The notes below the pieces were generated by a model that was not told the origin of the DNA, made no database searches, and saw only the letters and a list, made by a program, of their open reading frames with translations. DNA of 64,000 bases. Origin: Azolla caroliniana (lineage: Eukaryota > Plantae > Polypodiophyta). The stretch is from contig JBHGNT010000009.1 in NCBI GenBank assembly GCA_043228905.1, positions 18,414,001 through 18,478,000 on the forward strand, in the 5' to 3' direction. Within the stretch, counting starts at the first letter, position 1; each line of letters begins with the position of its first letter. A program made the position numbers and the translations under genes. Positions 48,236-62,908 of this stretch are shown one piece after another.

Positions 48236-49447
48236 ATGCGCCATTTTGTCGACGACTACGTTCGGACCTGTGATGCTTGCTGCCGAGCAAAGATGCCACG
48301 ACACCATCCATATGGCTTGTTGGAACCCTTATCGATTCCAAGTAAGCCGTGGCAGTCTATTTGTCTTGATTTTATCACAGATCTGCCGGTCTCAAAGGGG
48401 TTCGATGCTATCCTAACCGTCGTCGATCGATATATAAAGATGGCACATTTTGTGCCATGTACTAAAGCCATTACTAGCGAGGAAACTACTGCCCTAGTCA
48501 TGCGTGAGGTATTTCGGCATCATGGCCTCCCAAATAGTATCATCAGTGACCGAGGACCGCAATTTGTCTCCAAATTTTGGCAGCATCTCTTCAAGATGCT
48601 CAGGGTCTCCTGCAACCTCTCCTTCGGCTACCATCCTCAGACCGACGGGCAGGCGGAACGAACAAACCAAACGTTGGAGCAATATCTCCGGTGTTTCTTG
48701 AGTTATCAACAGGACGATTGGGCCGAGATTCTCCACTTTGCGGAGTTTGCGTATAATAATGCTATTCACTCCTCGACTCGGGTCTCCCCATTTTTCGCTT
48801 ATACCGGTTTTCATCCTCGTTGGTCGGTGATCGATACCCCGGAGCTACCTACCAACCCTCGTGCCGAGGATCATTTGGAGAGGCTACGCAAGATCCAGAT
48901 GGATCTCTCTACTCATCTTCGTCGTGCTCAACACACACATAAGACTTATGCGGATCGTCATCGGATTCCCTCATCTTTTGCCATCGGAGATCGAGTATGG
49001 CTCTTACGTCGTCACATCAAGACTACTCGACCGTGCGACAAGTTGGATTATCGACGACTCGATCCCTTCCGTATTACGGGTAAGATTAATGATGTCACAT
49101 TCCGCCTTGATCTCCCTCCGGAGCTTCAGATACATCCGGTTTTCCATTGTTCTCTTCTTGAACCTTATAAAGCAAACACCATTCCCGATCGTGTGACACC
49201 ACGGCCGCCCCCGCTAGAGTTGGACGTCGGCCCTGAGTATGAAGTTGCTGCCATCCTCAATTCCAAACTTGTTCGCAACAAACTTTATTACTTGGTCTAT
49301 TGGCTCGGTTATAGTCCCAGCGAACGTACTTGGGAACCCGTCGAGCATGTTGCCAATGCACAGGATCTTCTTGCTGATTTCCACCAAAAGTATCCGGACA
49401 AACCCGGTCCGCAATTAGCGCCGACTCGTTCCACTCGTCGTCGATAA
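48236..49447 (+). CDS. pol: Integrase + C-terminal chromodomain, chromovirus copy 2
   Basis: CDAC, DFITDLP, SDRGPQF, HPQTDGQAER, GPY/F-like motif, chromodomain EYEVAAIL...YLVYWLGY...TWEP. Confidence 0.94.
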   Translation: MRHFVDDYVRTCDACCRAKMPRHHPYGLLEPLSIPSKPWQSICLDFITDLPVSKGFDAILTVVDRYIKMAHFVPCTKAITSEETTALVMREVFRHHGLPNSIISDRGPQFVSKFWQHLFKMLRVSCNLSFGYHPQTDGQAERTNQTLEQYLRCFLSYQQDDWAEILHFAEFAYNNAIHSSTRVSPFFAYTGFHPRWSVIDTPELPTNPRAEDHLERLRKIQMDLSTHLRRAQHTHKTYADRHRIPSSFAIGDRVWLLRRHIKTTRPCDKLDYRRLDPFRITGKINDVTFRLDLPPELQIHPVFHCSLLEPYKANTIPDRVTPRPPPLELDVGPEYEVAAILNSKLVRNKLYYLVYWLGYSPSERTWEPVEHVANAQDLLADFHQKYPDKPGPQLAPTRSTRRR

Positions 49448-49458
49448 AGGGGAGATAG

Positions 49459-49901
49459 TGTCATGATATGGCAAGACTTGAACCCATGACCTTATGCTAC
49501 ATGGGTCGAGCTCTTACCATTTGACTATGAATTGTAATTTGTAAGATATTATTTTCATTTATGCTTTATCATAGAAAATTGATGTATATTCCTGATCTCT
49601 CTAGAACATTCTAGAAGCTTCAGGATTATTCCTAAAAACACAATAAAAGGAGGCACAAGGCATTGTTTTGAACCAAATTGGTTCAACGCCAATCTTAAGC
49701 CTCTTAGCCGCTTGTACTTATCTTTTCACATATTATATTAGTTGTTGTCATCATCTTTTTCTCTCTCTAATCCTCACTATCTCTCTCTCTCCTCTTCTCA
49801 CTTCCTCTCTTGGGAATCTTACGCAGTCCCATCCTCTTAGTACTAATAGTACTGCTCTTCTTAGTACTAATTCCATCTCTGCTTTAGTACTATTCCTGAC
49901 A
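49459..49901 (+). repeat. 3' LTR, chromovirus copy 2
   Basis: Direct repeat of 44213-44653. Confidence 0.95.
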
Positions 49902-49906
49902 AGATG

Positions 49907-51686
49907 TCGTTCGAGCTGAATAGAATACCAAGGTCTTTTATGCCCACCAGATATCTGAACACATGCTTGACTACGTTCCAGTGCGATCGGTCGGGATTAT
50001 GCATGAATCTTCTGACGACTCGAACGGCGTGAGCGATATTAGGCCATGTCACGACTATCGCGTACATTAGGGAGCCAACCGCTGGTTCATATGGTACCGA
50101 CTTCATAATTTTCCCCTCCGGACTGGATGTCGGGCAGTCTCGCTGAGATAGCTAAGTATGAGTAGGGAGCGGGGTAGAGGCAGATTTTGCCGATTGCATA
50201 TTGAAGCATTCGAGGACACGTCCAATGTAGTCGAACTGGGATAGGAACAATTGTCGTTGATTACGATTCCGACTTATCTTCATAGCAAGAATGTGTCGTG
50301 CCGGACCGAGATCCTTCATGGCAAACTTCAACCGCAGTTGCCGAACAAGTTCGGCTAGTTCGCCAGCGTCCCGAGATTAGCATGTCGTCTACGTAGATGA
50401 TGAGGAAGATGGGTGATCCATCTCGAGTTGTTTTTGTGAAGAGACAATGGTCCTCATCTCTCTTTGAGAAGCCAATTGATTGGATGAAGTTGTCGAACTT
50501 CTTGTACCACTGTCACAGTGGCTATTTCAGGCCGTAAAGACTCTCCCTGAGTCGGCAGACTAGATGTTCTTGGCCGGATGCCACAAAGCCTTTCAGCTGC
50601 TCCATATAAATTTCCTCCCGAAGATCATCATGGAGGAAAGCCGTTTTGACATCTAGATGAATTAGCTCCAAATTCTCAATTGCCACTACGCTGAGCATAA
50701 AGTGACGGGTGGTCATTTTCACCAATAGCAAAAAAAAATCGTTGAAATCGACGCCGTGTTCCTATCGAAAACTCTTTGCTACCAATCTGGCTTTGAATTT
50801 TGGGTTGGCTGAATTAGACGTCTCCTTAATTCGATAGACCCACTTGCACAGAAGAGCACGTCAATTTTTCAGTAATTCGACCAAATCCCATGTCTTGTTT
50901 GCATGAATGGAGTTCATTTCGGACTCCATTTCCAAATGTCAGGTGGCCGAATCAATAGACATCGATGCTTCTTCGTTGACGTCGGTTCTCCAGCGTCCGT
51001 AAAGAAGATACCATGAGAGTATCTCTCCGGGGTCTCTCATATCTTTGAGGTATGACTGGACTAGTCGCATCGGGTGTCGTGGTCAGATGGTCCAAAGCCG
51101 AATCGTTCGGCTATGTTGAGTCAAAATTCTCTGAGTCGGTGTTTGAAGGTTCAGCTACCTGTAAAGCTCACTGTGTGTTGTGCACTGGGCCTTCGGGAAA
51201 GGTTGGCAGATTGGAAAAGGTTACCCTTCGGACTTCGATCGGCTTTTCGACCGATTAATGCATGACCAACTCATTGAACACGACGTCCAAACTTCGGACA
51301 ATCTATCTGTGTTCGGGGTCCTAGAGTCGGTATCCCATTTTGCCATCTAGTCCATAACCGAAGAAAATACATTTCCGGGATTGTGGTGCAAGTTTGCGGC
51401 GATCATCTTTTGGGATGAGGGCATACGCCTCACATCCGAAAATCCTCAGCTTGTCATAATTTGGCTTACTGTCGGTCCATAATTCTTGAGGTATCTGTAG
51501 TCCTAGAGGCCTACTCGGCGACATATTGATTATGACTGTTGTAAGTAGGGCCTCTGCCCAGAAGCCATCCGACAGTCCGAAGTGTTGGAGCATGGAAACT
51601 ATCCGTTCTTGAATTGTTCGATTCATTTGCTCGGCAATGCCATTCTGCTACGGACTATGAGGTGCCATAAATTCAAGACACGACGT
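49907..51686 (-). mobile_element. Ty1/copia remnant B, integrase and RT (degenerate)
   Basis: MNRTIQERIVSML...FWAEAL...FGC, HLDVKTAFLH, YVDDM, VPYEPAVGSLMY; contiguous with 43,730-44,212 across the TSD. Confidence 0.9.
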
Positions 51687-52330
51687 TGTCGTGAAGAAAA
51701 TCGTCCACGAGCGGAATCGGTGCGCCGGAGCATAGGAACCGGCTCTTCATGCACGTACGCCTTACGTTGTACATAAGAGAGAATTAGGGACATGGAAGAT
51801 CCGAGGTAGGTAGATTCAGTAGGTAGGAAGTTAATAGGAAACGGCTCTCTTCTTGCCTATAAAAGGAGGGAGACGAGGAAGAGGAAGGGATCGCGAAGTA
51901 AGAGGGGACGAAGTGTTGTCGGATTGTGGACCGAAGGCTTCTCTCTCTTTCAAAACTCCATAGCTTCTTTCTGTGCAGGTTTCGGGAGGCTCGCGCTGCT
52001 CTGAGGAAAGCCCGAGTGCTTCCGGCAGCACCTCCAACCTACTCCTTTCTTTCTGTGCGTTTACGAACAGGCATCGGCATCTGTTCGCCGGCCTGTTCGG
52101 TTGTAACGGACTTCGTGTTCTTGTTGTTTGTCTTTGTTAATACATACATACATTCGTGTCTCTCTGTGTCGTTGTCCTACTCGCGTCTTTGTGTCGAAGG
52201 GCCGTGTTCCTGTGGTTCTACGCTCGCACCTAGTGGGTCTCTTCCCTTCTCCTTTCTCTCTTGCTCTTCGGTACAGGACCCCCGAGGTCCCGCCTCATTC
52301 CACGCATCCGCGAGGAATACCTCGACATCT

Positions 52331-52348
52331 TGGTGAACCCGACGTGAA
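52331..52348 (+). promoter_or_regulatory. Primer-binding site complementary to plant cytosolic tRNA-Trp
   Basis: TGGTGAACCCGACGTGAA, 3 nt after the LTR; complement of the tRNA-Trp 3' end ...TTCACGTCGGGTTCACCA (recalled sequence). Confidence 0.8.
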
Positions 52349-52370
52349 GGAGGCGGCAGAAGAGCAGAAG

Positions 52371-53270
52371 ATGCAAGGGTCGGATCTTGCGGAGGCCATG
52401 GCTTCGGCCGTGGATCGGATATTGAGTGCACGCGAGGGCACCGGTGCCCTTGACAGAGCCATTGAGGCGGTCGTCGGTACGATCGGCCGGTTCAACGGAA
52501 AGGATGCCACGAAGTATTTGGCGTCCTACGGGGCAGAAATGCTGATGCGGGACATTCCGGAAGAGAGTCGTCTTGCCGGGTTTCCTCGAGTGGCGATGCC
52601 GAGCATCCATGTGGAGGTGCTCGAGGTGCGGGCGGAGAGCCGTACCTGGGAGGAGTTCGAAGGCCGACTCCTAGAAAAATACGGGCTGGACGACGCGCTC
52701 CGGCTTTCGAAACGAGACTTCATGGAATGGGTGGAGTCCCCCGGCAAGGGAAGAAACGCATCGGCACTCCTCCGGGAGTTCGAAGAACACTTTGCGTGCC
52801 TTTCGGTGCTTGATCGAACCGTTCTGGATACGAGCCGGGTCCTACTGTTCGTCAAGTCGGTGGATGAGCAGGACTGGGATCAAGTCGGCTCCTTGCTGGA
52901 AACCGAAGACGGGCTGACGACCGACTGGGTTGCGGTTAAGAGAGTCTGTGGCCGTTTTGACAAACGGCGGGAATGGGCTGACAACGGGGCGGCCGGTGCG
53001 GGCTCTGTCACAGCAAGGAGGCTTGAACCGGCACCGCAAGGGCGAAGGGAAGAAACCCGGGAATGGCTCGAAACCGGTCCGGCTTCGACCGGCATGGTCA
53101 ATGGCTCGTCCAGAGGAGCAGCGCTAGAGGAGTTGACGCGGGCGATAAAGGATCTCCAGATCGCCCAGACTCGAAGGGAAGGTGGCGAACCGGCTCGTGA
53201 CCGACGGCCGGTAGCAGGGAACAGGTGCATGTGGTGCGACGAGGTCGGCCACATCCGGAAGGACTGCGGC
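52371..53270 (+). pseudogene. gag: Truncated gag
   Basis: Part of the 52128-53375 ORF; GRFNGKDATKYL...CMWCDEVGHIRKDC. Confidence 0.8.
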
Positions 53271-53420
53271 GTAGGGAAGCCATATCTCTCAAAAACCCTA
53301 AAATTCCCTACGGAAGCCATAACACTCAAAAACCCTAATCTTGCCTACGGAAGCCATAATACTCATATAACCTAATCCTAATTTTCCCTACGGAAACCAT
53401 ATCTACCAAAACCCCTAATT
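53271..53420. repeat. About 36-bp minisatellite, 4 degenerate copies (CCTACGGAAGCCATA...AAAACCCTAA)
   Basis: GGAAGCCATA/GGAAACCATA recurs near 53275, 53312, 53349 and 53392. Confidence 0.75.
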
Positions 53421-53589
53421 TTTCTTTTCTATTAATCTTAGTAAATCTAAAACTTCTAAATCCCAATCTTGGGACATATTGTAATTTCTTTTTCCTTTGT
53501 TAATGAAAATTATTAAATTTCTTCTTTTCGTTAATTGTTAAAAATATAAACGCACGAATGTGATTATCCTCTGGTCGGAGGCCCCGGGG

Positions 53590-54414
53590 TCCTGCCTCAA
53601 GTTCGCGTATCCTCGTCGTATTTTCGCGACAACGTGTCCAGTTTGTCGGCTAACAGCACCTTGGTCAGCACATCCGACCCGTTCTCCTTCGTGTGGATCT
53701 TCATGAGCACGGAGTCTTGATCTTCTACCTTCTCCTAGACCCAGTGATATCTTCTCTAGATGTCCTTGGTCCGGGAATGGTAGGCCACGTTCTTAGCAAG
53801 GTGGATGGCCCTTTGACTATCGCAGTAGAGTCGATATTCCTCCTGTTGAATCCCTAGCTCTCCGATGAAGTCATTCATCTAGATTACTTCCTTGTCGGCT
53901 TCCATAACTGCCATGTACTCCGCTTCCGTTGTTGACAATGCAACGGATTTCTGCAACCTCGACTATCACGATACGACTCCCCTGCATATGTCATGATATA
54001 TCCGGATGTGGACCAGTTGGTATCCGCATCTACTGACATATCTGAATCTGTAAAGCCTTCTAGTTGGGATTTACCTGATCCGAACTAGAGTTACATACTC
54101 GAGGTTCCTTTTAAGTACCAGAGTATCCACTTGACCGCGTTCCAGTGTTCTCTTCCCTGATTGCTCATGAATCGGCTGACCACTCCGACTGTGTATCCGA
54201 TATCTGGTCGGGTGCACACCATCGCGTACATCAAGCTTCCAATGATAGAGGCATATGGTATCTTCATCATATTTGACTTCTCTGCCTTTGTCTTCGAGCT
54301 CTACTTTCTAGAAAACTTGCAGTTTGCCAGAAATTTCGACCCGACCGACTTCGCATCCGACATGTTGAACCAGTTAAGTACCTTTGTCACGTACTTCTCC
54401 TGTGACAGCCATAG
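53590..54414 (-). mobile_element. Ty1/copia remnant C, RT end and RNase H
   Basis: LWLSQEKY...GSLMYAMVCTRPDI...STTEAEYMA...KNVAYHSRTK...DVLTK. Confidence 0.88.
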
Positions 54415-57018
<2,604 letters not shown>

Positions 57019-60000
57019 TAGATCTCTTCTTCGAGGTCGTCATGTAGGAATGTTGTCTTGATGTCCAGTTGCTCTACCTCGAGGTCCATGCTTGTCGCTA
57101 TGCTCAACATCGTCCGAATGGATGTCATCTTTACTACCAGGGCAAAGATCTCGTCGAAATCCACTCCTTTCTTCTATTGAAAACCCTTCACCACGATCCG
57201 AGCCTTGTATCTCGGTGGATTTTTGGCGTTTCCAAGTTTCAGCTTGTACACCCACTTGTTTCGGAGTGCCCTCTTTCCTTTCGGCCACTCCGTCATTTCG
57301 TATGTGTGGTTCTCATGCAAGGAATCCATCTCATCCTGCATGGAACTCTACCACTTGCGGATGTGTGTGTCTTTCTTTGCTTCTTCGAAGCTTTTCGGCT
57401 CCCCCTCATCGGTCAACAATACGTGCTCTGCATCCGGAAATCTCTGGGGGGCTCTTCTCTCCCTGAGAGGATATCTTCTTCCTTGGTTCTCGTCCACTGG
57501 TTCCTCTGTCTGTTCTTCATCTGAATCTGATTCGGGGTCTACTCTCGTTCCGGTGTCTTGATCTTCTTCTTCTTCGATCAGTTCGGTCTCTTGTCTAACT
57601 CTGGCTGATTCTTTGTGTTATCCTACTTCCGGCCGGATGGGTCCCGTCGGTCAATCCAGAGTCCGCTATCTTCTTCTTTGACTCCCAATCTGCAATAGTC
57701 TTGTCTTCCATGAAGACTATGTCTCGACTCCGGAACACCTACTTGTCGACCAAGTCCCACATTCGGTATCCAAACTCATCATCGTCGTATCCAAGGAATA
57801 TACATGGTCGGGACTTTGGATCCAACTTTGCACTCTTATCCTTTGCCACATGCACATAAGCGAGACAACTGAATACCTTCAGATGCCGATAAGTCACGTC
57901 TTTACTCTCTGTGGTGTGTCTCCTTCCAATGGTGCTGAGGGTGATCTCTTAATCACGTACGTCGTCGTCATCAACGCCTTAATCCAAAACATCTTGGATA
58001 ACTTTTCATGTGCTAGCATGCTTCGGACTCTCTCCATTATGGTCTGGTTTATCCGTTCAGCCATCTCGTTCAATTCCTACGTCTTCGGCACAGCGAATTC
58101 GAGGGGGATTCCCTTCGACCGGTAGTACTCCTCGAACTACCCCCGATATTCGCTTCTGTAATCTGCTCAAACAGCCTTTAGCTTCCGACCAGTTTCCCTT
58201 TCCACTCTCGCGTGGAGCTCCTTGAAGACGGACAGCACCTGATCCTTCGTCTTCAACGATGAGACCCACAGCTTCCGGTTGTGGTCGTCTCTGAACATCA
58301 CGAAGTACTGCGATCCGGGATGTGACTTCATGTCCATTTGACACACATCGGTATGCACTAGCTCCAGTGGTCCGTTCCGTCTCATCGGTGGTCTTGACCG
58401 GAAGGAGGTTCGCTTTTGCTTGCCGGCCAAGCAATCGGTGCACTTCTCAAGATGCACGTCTTTCACCTCCAGAATGAGGTTATCTACGACAAGTCTTTTC
58501 ATCCCCTTCTGGCTCATATGACACGGTCTCTTGTGCCACAGCTCACCGGCATTGTCGGATGCTACGTTCACTTCTTCCCGGCATATCCGGGCATGCATCA
58601 AGTATAGCGTGTTGATCTTCCGGGCTCGAGCCACGATCAAGCTTCCTTTGCTGAATTTCAGTACTCCGTTCCGGAGGCTACCTATCAAGCCTTCATCATC
58701 TAGCCGACCGGCTGATATCAGGTTCAACCAAACCTCCGAAACGTGTCGGACATCCTTCAGCAGAAACTTGCACCCAGTTGATGTCGTCAACCACACATCT
58801 CCAATGCTAACAATTCAGCATGACCCTTCATTCCCCATCCAGACACAGTCGAGATCTCAGGCTTTGTAGGACGAGAAGCATTTTCATACCGGTGTCAGGT
58901 GGAACGATGCTCAAAAATCGACAACCCACGTTGTCTCGTCACCGACAAGGTTTAACTCATTCTCCTCGGTGATGAGCAATAGATCTTCTTCACTTGTCGC
59001 GATCGCCGATGTTCCTTTCTGAACCAGACCTCTCCAGTCTGGACTCTTCTTCGAATTGATGGTGTCGGCCCCTTTCTCTCTCCGAAAATGCCGACAGTTC
59101 TTCTGGAGGTGCCCCGGTTTCACATAATAGACGCAAGTAGGCCTTCCCCTTGACTTCGATATCGTCCCCGATTTGTCCCGGTTTTGGGGACTCCAATTTC
59201 GGCCTCTTGCCCGATTTTAGTCATCTTCCATAACCAAAGCCTTTAGGTCGATTCCGGATTCCCGATCCTTGCGGCGAGCTTCTTCATCTAGCAAGCTTGA
59301 TTTTACGCTTGCTAGGGACAACTACTTTCCTTCCGACCAAGCGTTGCCCAAAGTGACAATTAGCGTCTCCCAACTGTCCGGGAGGGAACCGAGCAGGAGC
59401 AATGCAAGTACCTCGTCGACCAGAGGTACTTCAAGCGAATTTGTTTGATTTATGAACCCCTGGAATGCGTTCATGTGCTCCGCCATGCTAGATTCGTCCT
59501 GGTACCGGAGTTTCACTAACTTCCAGGATACCAAAACCCGATTTACGATGTTTTTGCTCACTAGTTGGTGCCGATTTTCTCCTAGAGCACATGAGCCTTA
59601 CTTTTGTCATTGAAGTTGTTGTACAGGCTCATGTCGATAAAGCACCATATGTATATCTTCATCTTCATGTGCATCACCTCCCATGTCATGGCATTGATCT
59701 TGTCCGGTTTCGTGTCCCCGAATTGTACCCGCAGCCAGAGATCTTTGACCACGAGCATGTCCCTCATCTTTGACTTCCACACTGGGTAGTTGGAGTCGGT
59801 GAGCTTGAACATACTTCCGAATGACTCTTCCATTTTCTTGTTGGTGCTGATACTAGTTTGTGCGGAATAGCGCTCAGCCACAACCGAGACTCAAACACTT
59901 TATGAAAGAACAAAAAACAGAAATGGGGGTTCATACACTTATACAGAAGAGACGACACGAGATGTTTACGTGAAAAACCCTCACAAGGAAAAAACCAGGG

Positions 60001-60101
60001 GATCCCACAGACCCCAACTATCACTATATGAGAAAGGAGGTACAACGGGAGACTCAGAGGCAACGACCTCGAGCTCTATATCTTCGCCAACCGGAGGCTT
60101 T

Positions 60102-60155
<54 letters not shown>

Positions 60156-60330
60156 ACAACTAACAACCCTTCTCACTCACTAACAAGTGATTGCTATGAC
60201 TTTGCGACTATTTACAAATATAGCCTTTACAAGCACACCAGAAACATATTTACAAATGTGTCCCTAGATCCAGTTAACACCAGATCCATTCGGATACCTT
60301 CCGATCCGGTTACTGCATCCAATCCAGTTA
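57019..60330 (-). mobile_element. Ty1/copia remnant C: 5' LTR, gag, protease, integrase, start of RT
   Basis: gag (LLLGSLPDSWE, zinc knuckle), WVVD protease, LWHKR...CTDC, VHTDVC, QLDIKTTFLH; degenerate tRNA-iMet PBS near 59,844-59,855; LTR from 59,859 (outer end uncertain). Confidence 0.88.
60105..60155. repeat. Compound microsatellite (TC)20(TG)5 within the LTR
   Basis: Direct reading. Confidence 0.95.
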
Positions 60331-60386
60331 CTTGTCATCGAAAAGAAGATTTCATATGTGAATATACAGAATCTCTTATTTCTCGT
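60331..60386. repeat. Isolated relic of the tRNA-Arg array spacer
   Basis: cttgtcatcgaaaagaagatttcatatgtgaatatacagaatctcttatttctcgt matches 32,808-32,862 and the spacer next to each UCG gene. Confidence 0.85.
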
Positions 60387-61289
60387 TGTAAACGAATACG
60401 TTGTGCGGAAGTGTGTGCGTAAACACAGAGTATACAGTTCGAAGGAATAAGACAGTTCGGTAAAACACAGAAAACGCAGAGATGGAGAGGGAGAGGGAGA
60501 GGGAGAGAGAGACTATAGATCAAATTCAAAATAATTCTCTATTCTATTCTGTACATACTTTGTGCTCAGTGAGCACCTTATATACAAGCCCTGACAATCG
60601 GGCTGACACAAGTACTAACAGTACTTGAATGCTCATAAATGAGCCGACTACACAAACTCCCAAAATTATTCCTTTACGAGGAATAGCGCTCTAACGGCCT
60701 CTTCGGTTTGCACACCGATGCGGCCCTGTTGTGCGTACTTTTTCACGCACCCAGTCTACACACTGGGTTACGTTGCATACTTCGCACCGAATGTTGAGCT
60801 TGTCTCTCAACACTCCCCCTCAAGCTCAACTTGAGGTTCCACTTGCTCCGTCGGATCTACACTCTGGTTCCTTCTGGCTTCACACCTCGCTCGTGCTCCT
60901 CGACCCGTTCGATTCCGCGCACTTCGACCCTTCCAGTCAGCTTGTCTGCTCGTTCAGCCCTTCTCAACTCCCTTGTTGTCGCAGTGTCGACGCATCCTTC
61001 GCTGCCCTTTTTCCCGCATGGCCTTTAGTTGATTCGGTGTATCCGAATCAAACATTCTGATTGAATCGAACTCTTCTGATTCAATTTCACTCTCATCTGA
61101 ATTGGTTGTCTCCAATTCGTTCTCAATCTTTAGGCCCCTGACAACATCCGACCATGTCTTAGTCTTGGCCTCATCTCCCCCTGTTTCGGTTGTCCTCGGC
61201 TCCTTCTTATGCTTACAGCCCTTGCCCTTGCTTCCGTCTTCGGCTTCTTCAGCCGGTTCGAAGTCAAATTCTCCATCCGACTCCGCATC

Positions 61290-61964
61290 TCAGTCACTTC
61301 CGCCATGATGCTTACCTCTGCTCCTTTCATGCTTTTGTCCCAGTTCTTCCTTTCTCCCCCTCAAGTTCGGCATGTCGAGGTGACGCAACCCAAGCGCACC
61401 TGAGAAATGTCGTAACTTGTCGAGACTAAGAGGTTTTGTGAAGATGTCAGCAATATGCCAATTAGTCGAAACATGCATTGGTTCGACTACACCTGAAAGG
61501 ACCCGCTCACGGACAAAATGGTAATGCACTTCAATGTGCTTGGTCCAGGCGTGGAACACGGGGTTTTTCACAAGGTGGACATTGCTGAGGTTGTCGCAAT
61601 AGATCGTCATCGGATCAGACACCTCTACTTGCAGATCCCGTAATAGTCGTTTCAGCCAAATGACTTCGCACGTAGCGATAGTCGCCCCTCGATATTCGGC
61701 CTCTGTGCTCAACAGTGCTACTGTCGACTGCTTTTTGCTGCTCCACACGATCACCGCACTTCCGAATGAGAATGCGTATCCAGATGTGGATCGACAATCG
61801 TGGGCGTTTCTGGCCCAATCGGCATCCGTGTAGCCAACTAACTGTTCGGCAACGCTTGCTCGATATAGCAACGCCATGTCTTTCGTGCCGCTTACATATC
61901 GCAATATCCGTTGCGCGCATTGAAAGTGTTCAGCCGTAGGCTGCAACATGAATTGATTGATCAT
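61290..61964 (-). CDS. pol: copia RNase H fragment
   Basis: GYTDADWA, STEAEY, YCDN, KHIEVHYHFVRE, ADIFTK. Confidence 0.9.
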   Translation of the reverse strand: MINQFMLQPTAEHFQCAQRILRYVSGTKDMALLYRASVAEQLVGYTDADWARNAHDCRSTSGYAFSFGSAVIVWSSKKQSTVALLSTEAEYRGATIATCEVIWLKRLLRDLQVEVSDPMTIYCDNLSNVHLVKNPVFHAWTKHIEVHYHFVRERVLSGVVEPMHVSTNWHIADIFTKPLSLDKLRHFSGALGLRHLDMPNLRGRKEELGQKHERSRGKHHGGSD

Positions 61965-62158
61965 GCCAACCGGGTAGTTGAGGTCTGGCCAAGCGAGTAA
62001 TAATCAAATAGATGAGGCTTCCGACAATCTGTCGAAACCGTGTCGGGTTGCATGCCCTTCCCGAGTCTTGACGTTTCTATCCAGAGAGGTCGAGATGGGC
62101 TTACAGTTTGCCATCCCGAACTTGAAGAACATATTCAGCGCATAATGACGCTAGCTGA

Positions 62159-62908
62159 TCAAAATATGCCTTCGAGGGTACGGATCACTTCGATCTCGAG
62201 GAAGTAATGAAGGTCTCCGAGATCCTTCATTTCAAACGATGCCGCAAGCTGAGACTTCACGCGGCGGATTTCATCAAGGTCGGCACCGGCGATGACTAAA
62301 TCATCAACGTACAAGAGCAGGTTGACCGGTCCATATTGCCCTTGCCGAACAAATAGAGAAGAGTCTGATTTCAATGGCGCAAACCCCATCCTACGCAACT
62401 GTTGCGTAATCTTTGCGTTCCAAGCTCGCGGGGCTTGCTTTAGTCCATATAAGGATTTCTTCAATTGGCAAATTGCCGAGGTGTTTTGTTCGGATAGAAA
62501 TCCGAGGGGTTGTACCATGTACACCTGCTCCTCAAGATCACCTTGCAGGAACGCGTTCTTTACATCCATCTGATGTAAATGCCACCCCTTTGCCACAGCT
62601 ACCGCGAGCAAAACACGGACATTCGTCATCTTCGCGACAGGCACGAAGGTCTCGTCATAGTCCACGTTGTGCTTTTGTGCGTAGCCTTTCGCTACTAAAC
62701 GGGCCTTGTATAGGCTAACTGAGCCGTCGGTGTTGTACTTAACCTTGTACACCCACTTACATCCGATCGGCTTCACACCTTTCGGTGCGTCAACCAGGTC
62801 CCAGGTTTCATTTTCCGCCAATGCGCACATCTCTTCCTCCATTGCAGCACGCCAGTTCGCGTCTTTCGCCGCTTCTATGTAGCTCTCCGGCTCACGCACT
62901 TCCGCCAC
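62159..62908 (-). CDS. pol: copia reverse transcriptase fragment
   Basis: KARLVAKG, QMDVKNAFLQG, LYGLKQAPRAW, YVDDL. Confidence 0.92.
   Translation of the reverse strand: MAEVREPESYIEAAKDANWRAAMEEEMCALAENETWDLVDAPKGVKPIGCKWVYKVKYNTDGSVSLYKARLVAKGYAQKHNVDYDETFVPVAKMTNVRVLLAVAVAKGWHLHQMDVKNAFLQGDLEEQVYMVQPLGFLSEQNTSAICQLKKSLYGLKQAPRAWNAKITQQLRRMGFAPLKSDSSLFVRQGQYGPVNLLLYVDDLVIAGADLDEIRRVKSQLAASFEMKDLGDLHYFLEIEVIRTLEGIF

Larger units (their letters stand above)
44213..49901 (+). mobile_element. Ty3/gypsy chromovirus (Tcn1-like) copy 2, full length with TSD
   Basis: LTRs 44213-44653 and 49459-49901; perfect 5-bp TSD AGATG (44208-44212 / 49902-49906); PPT AAAGGGGAGATAG; gag-PR-RT-RH-INT-chromodomain. 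Confidence 0.97.
51687..53270 (+). mobile_element. 5' fragment of a Ty3/gypsy element (LTR, tRNA-Trp PBS, gag)
   Basis: LTR 51687-52327 with TGTCG...CGACA termini; PBS; gag from 52,371 to a CX2CX4HX4C knuckle, then truncated. Confidence 0.88.
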
